64,000 bases of DNA from the NCBI GenBank assembly GCA_043228905.1, contig JBHGNT010000021.1:6448001-6512000 (forward strand). Direction: 5' to 3'. Below, piece after piece: positions 61,095 to 64,000 of the stretch. The notes under the pieces are model-generated. The model saw only the letters and a list, made by a program, of their open reading frames with translations. It did not search any database and was not told the origin of the DNA. This DNA is from Azolla caroliniana (lineage: Eukaryota > Plantae > Polypodiophyta). The stretch's first letter is position 1, and each line of letters opens with the position of its first letter. The translations under genes and the position numbers were made by a program.

Positions 61095-63240
61095 TTGTCT
61101 TCGTCACCTCGCCGGCACCGTCAGTATCTTGGTCTTACGTCGACCGCGTTGCCGACTGCTGAAGTCTCTAGAACCGGTGTGAAGGATCCTCCGTAGACCG
61201 CCCATTCGTCTTCCCGACCTTGTCTCGGGTCGTCCTTTTCCGCATGCTGAGAGGGCGGTTTACTCCGCACCCTCTCCCATGGTACCGACGTACCGTGTCC
61301 TCGGCCTCTTCGTAGGCCAGCTCTCTTCCTCCCTCCCGGAATGGTTATCCGGGAGTCCGCTCCGGCCGGTTCTCGCTCGGGTCCGTTCATCTTTCTCCGG
61401 ATTGCCGAGTCCCGTTCTCCTGTCGCCACCGATCTCTCTTGTCGGACTCACGTCGGCACTCGGGCCTGCAGCCGGATCAGTGTAAGGAATCCCATAGGAC
61501 CGGCTTTCATTCTCTTTCCAAATCTCGACCTTCGCCCGGTCGGTCTTTCTCCCCATGTAAAAGAGGGCGGCTCGTTTTGCACCCCCTTCCGTATCGGCAC
61601 TTTCATGCCGAATCCGGCCCCGATCGAACGATCCACGACCGGATTACGCTCCACCCGTATCGGAATGCCGATCTCCTCGTGCCGCGTCCGTCCTCGGCCT
61701 CCTCGCAGGCCGTTTCCCATCCGACTTCGCTGGCATCGTGCCAGGACTCCTCGGTACCGCCATCCATCTCCTCGGTCTTACATGGGCATACGGGCCCGAA
61801 TGCCGAGTTCTCCGGAATCGGGTCCGTGGGCTTTCGTCCGTTCCTTCCCCGTATCGTCTCGCCGGTGATTCTTGGGCCATCGCTGCCGCCTTCCTCCGCT
61901 TGGGACTTACGTGGGCACTCGGGCCCGACTGCCAACGTCTCGTGAGCAAGTGTGGGAAGGCACAAAGAATCGCCCGTCCATTTTACGCTTTTGTCTGTAG
62001 CCACCGACTCTTCGTGGTCGGCGGTCGTTTTCTTACCGATCGCGCAAGCCCCGTCTGGGCTTGCTTCTCCAATGACCCGGATCTCGGGCTGACATGCCTG
62101 AAACCGCAGGTCCCAACGTTCTGATTCCGCGATCGGTATCTCGGCCTCGTCCTTGGCCGTTCTATCTCTGCAAGTCGAGAGGGCGTTTCGTTCCGCACCC
62201 TCTCCCGTGGTACCGTGGTACCGATCTTCCGCCGTCGCATGGGGCAAGTCCGTCTCCTTGGTCTCGGCTTGCGGCCTCCATCTTTCCTCTTCCTCGATCA
62301 TCGCCTGGAGAGTTGCGTACGCCTCCGCAATCCTGGCCCCAACGCCGACCCTTGCCGACTCCCTCTGCCGTTCGGCCTCTTCCCGCTGTGATGGCACGCC
62401 ATCGCGTACCTTCCTCTTAGCCTTCTCGGCTCGCTCATCATCTAGCCTTTGGCACACCCTTCCGACCTTCGACCAGTCCTCTGTAAGCCCATTCGCTCCA
62501 TCATCGTCTTCGAGCTCAATCCCGATGGCTTCCCGTTCCGCTCGGTCGATCGACCTGACGAACAAAAGGACTTTGTCCGCCCCCACCAAACCTTGTTCCC
62601 GCTCTGGGAGCCGAGCAAGCCGTCGCTCGAACTCTCGGAACGCCTTCGTCGCGCCTCGGTGGGTCTTTGCCGACGCTACCCACTGGTCGAAGTCGCGCCG
62701 TCCCCGGCTCTTCCGCCGTCCTCCGTATGCCTTCAGGAGCGCCTCTTCGAAGGCCTCCCACGAACTATGAGCCTCACAGAGCTCCTTTACTTCCGCATGC
62801 ATCCGGACAGCTACGACCCGGTAGAAGAACTCCAACCTCAACGCCTCGTCTACGCCACGCTCCTGCATTTCCGCGTTGTAGGCTTCCAAGTAAGATGGGA
62901 CTTTGTCCCCGTTGAAACGGCCGACTCTTTCGACCACTCACTCAACTGCCTGTTGTGCTGCTTCTCGCCTCATCACCACTCGCGCCGACTCCAACACCAC
63001 TTCGGCCACCATCTCCGCAAGGTCGTCGTCTTCCGACTCCATCCTCCCTTGCCGCCTTTCACGTCGGGTTCACCAAATATGTCGCGTTGTTACGCGCGTG
63101 CGAGGAGAAAGGCGGGACCACGGGGGTCTTGGACTAGAGAGCGATGGAGCGTAGGAAGTCGTGCTTCACTGTTTCCGGGGCATCCCAGAAACACACCGGA
63201 AGCAACCGAAGGGAGAGAGAGAGAGAGAGCTTAACACCGA

Positions 63241-63293
<53 letters not shown>

Positions 63294-63874
63294 CCACACA
63301 CTTGTACACACAGCTCAACCCGACTCGCGCCTTATGTACAGAAAACGCAAGAGAGGGTAAGCACCCGACGCCAACAGCGACGCGAATATACATAGACAAA
63401 CGTAAACGTATATGTATGTATATATATGAAGAATACATTCCCGGCTTCGAGCCGGACCAAGATAGCTTACAACAGTCGTCTGCTATCAAGCCGCCGTCGG
63501 GGAGCTCTCGGGCTCGTCGCGCCGAGCGGGGTCTTGCACAGGAGATGAGCTGCAGCAAACCCTAAGCGAACACAAAGGAGAAGAAGAAGAAGAAGCTAAC
63601 TCTAAAACCTAACGGTATACCCTCTATGCAAAATGGGCAACCCTTTCACAAAGGGCGTTCCCTTCCTTTTATAGAACAAGCAAAGGGATGCGTTACAATG
63701 TGGGACAAATCCCGACTTACATGGGATTGTCTGTCCCGACTTAACTACTCTTCGGCGCCATAAAGGCGCCCTCGATATTCACACTAAATGTACATGGGTG
63801 CATACACACGCTGCACCCCGCCGAGGTAGCCAATGTTTTCCGGTTTCCGCCTCTGGCCGAAATTCTTCACGACA
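61095..63874 (-). mobile_element. gag-only gypsy-derived LTR element D (5' LTR, tRNA-Trp PBS, gag)
   Basis: LTR 63874-63080 (TG...CA); PBS at 63060-63075; gag ATG at 63042 with a TGA at 62938-62940 and ORF to 61603 (RVGRFNGDKVPSYLEAYNAEM...GANGLTEDWSKV). Confidence 0.88.
63080..63874 (-). repeat. 5' LTR of element D
   Basis: Inverted near-identical copy of 60316-61086; contains a (CA)n tract of different length. Confidence 0.92.
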
Positions 63875-64000
63875 ACGTAACGTTGGCCGAGCTGCTGGTG
63901 TCCGCTCGGTCTGTGTGTGGAAGTTGTTGCTGTTGATTCCCAGTCTCGTTTGGTGGTGGGTTGTTTCGAGGTGCGTTGGAGTTGCGCTAGTCATTTTGAG
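63875..64000 (-). mobile_element. Gypsy copy A resumes (gag region), continuing beyond the window
   Basis: Reverse complement matches copy B 46566-46692 (CTCAAAATGAC...GCAGCTCGGCCAACGT). Confidence 0.9.

Overview
Eukaryotic (land-plant) genomic DNA. The retrotransposon lineages and gene structure suggest a non-seed plant such as a fern, but that is inference. About two thirds of the window is nested retrotransposons. Left block: a Ty1/copia element with both LTRs and a GGAAG target-site duplication (TSD) sits inside a decayed Ty3/gypsy element. Middle block: three host genes (a 4-exon nucleotide-diphospho-sugar transferase, a single-exon PADRE/DUF4228-like gene, and a P/U-type cyclin interrupted by a 100-N gap), a young 5'-truncated L1 LINE and a small MITE. 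Right block (35.8-64 kb): a multi-layer nest, copia > copia > Athila/Tat-like gypsy copy A > a complete same-family copy B in the opposite orientation, plus gag-only tRNA-Trp-primed elements. The most striking observation is that both Athila/Tat-like copies lack a polypurine tract (PPT). In its place, 2 nt before the 3' LTR, is a sequence resembling the 3' half of tRNA-Arg (T-arm, acceptor strand and CCA) that is complementary to the element's own primer binding site (PBS), suggesting an unusual priming mechanism. The glycosyltransferase intron 2 is also notable: it is built from tandem degenerate copies of its own 3' splice site and exon start. All identities and counts were made by eye.
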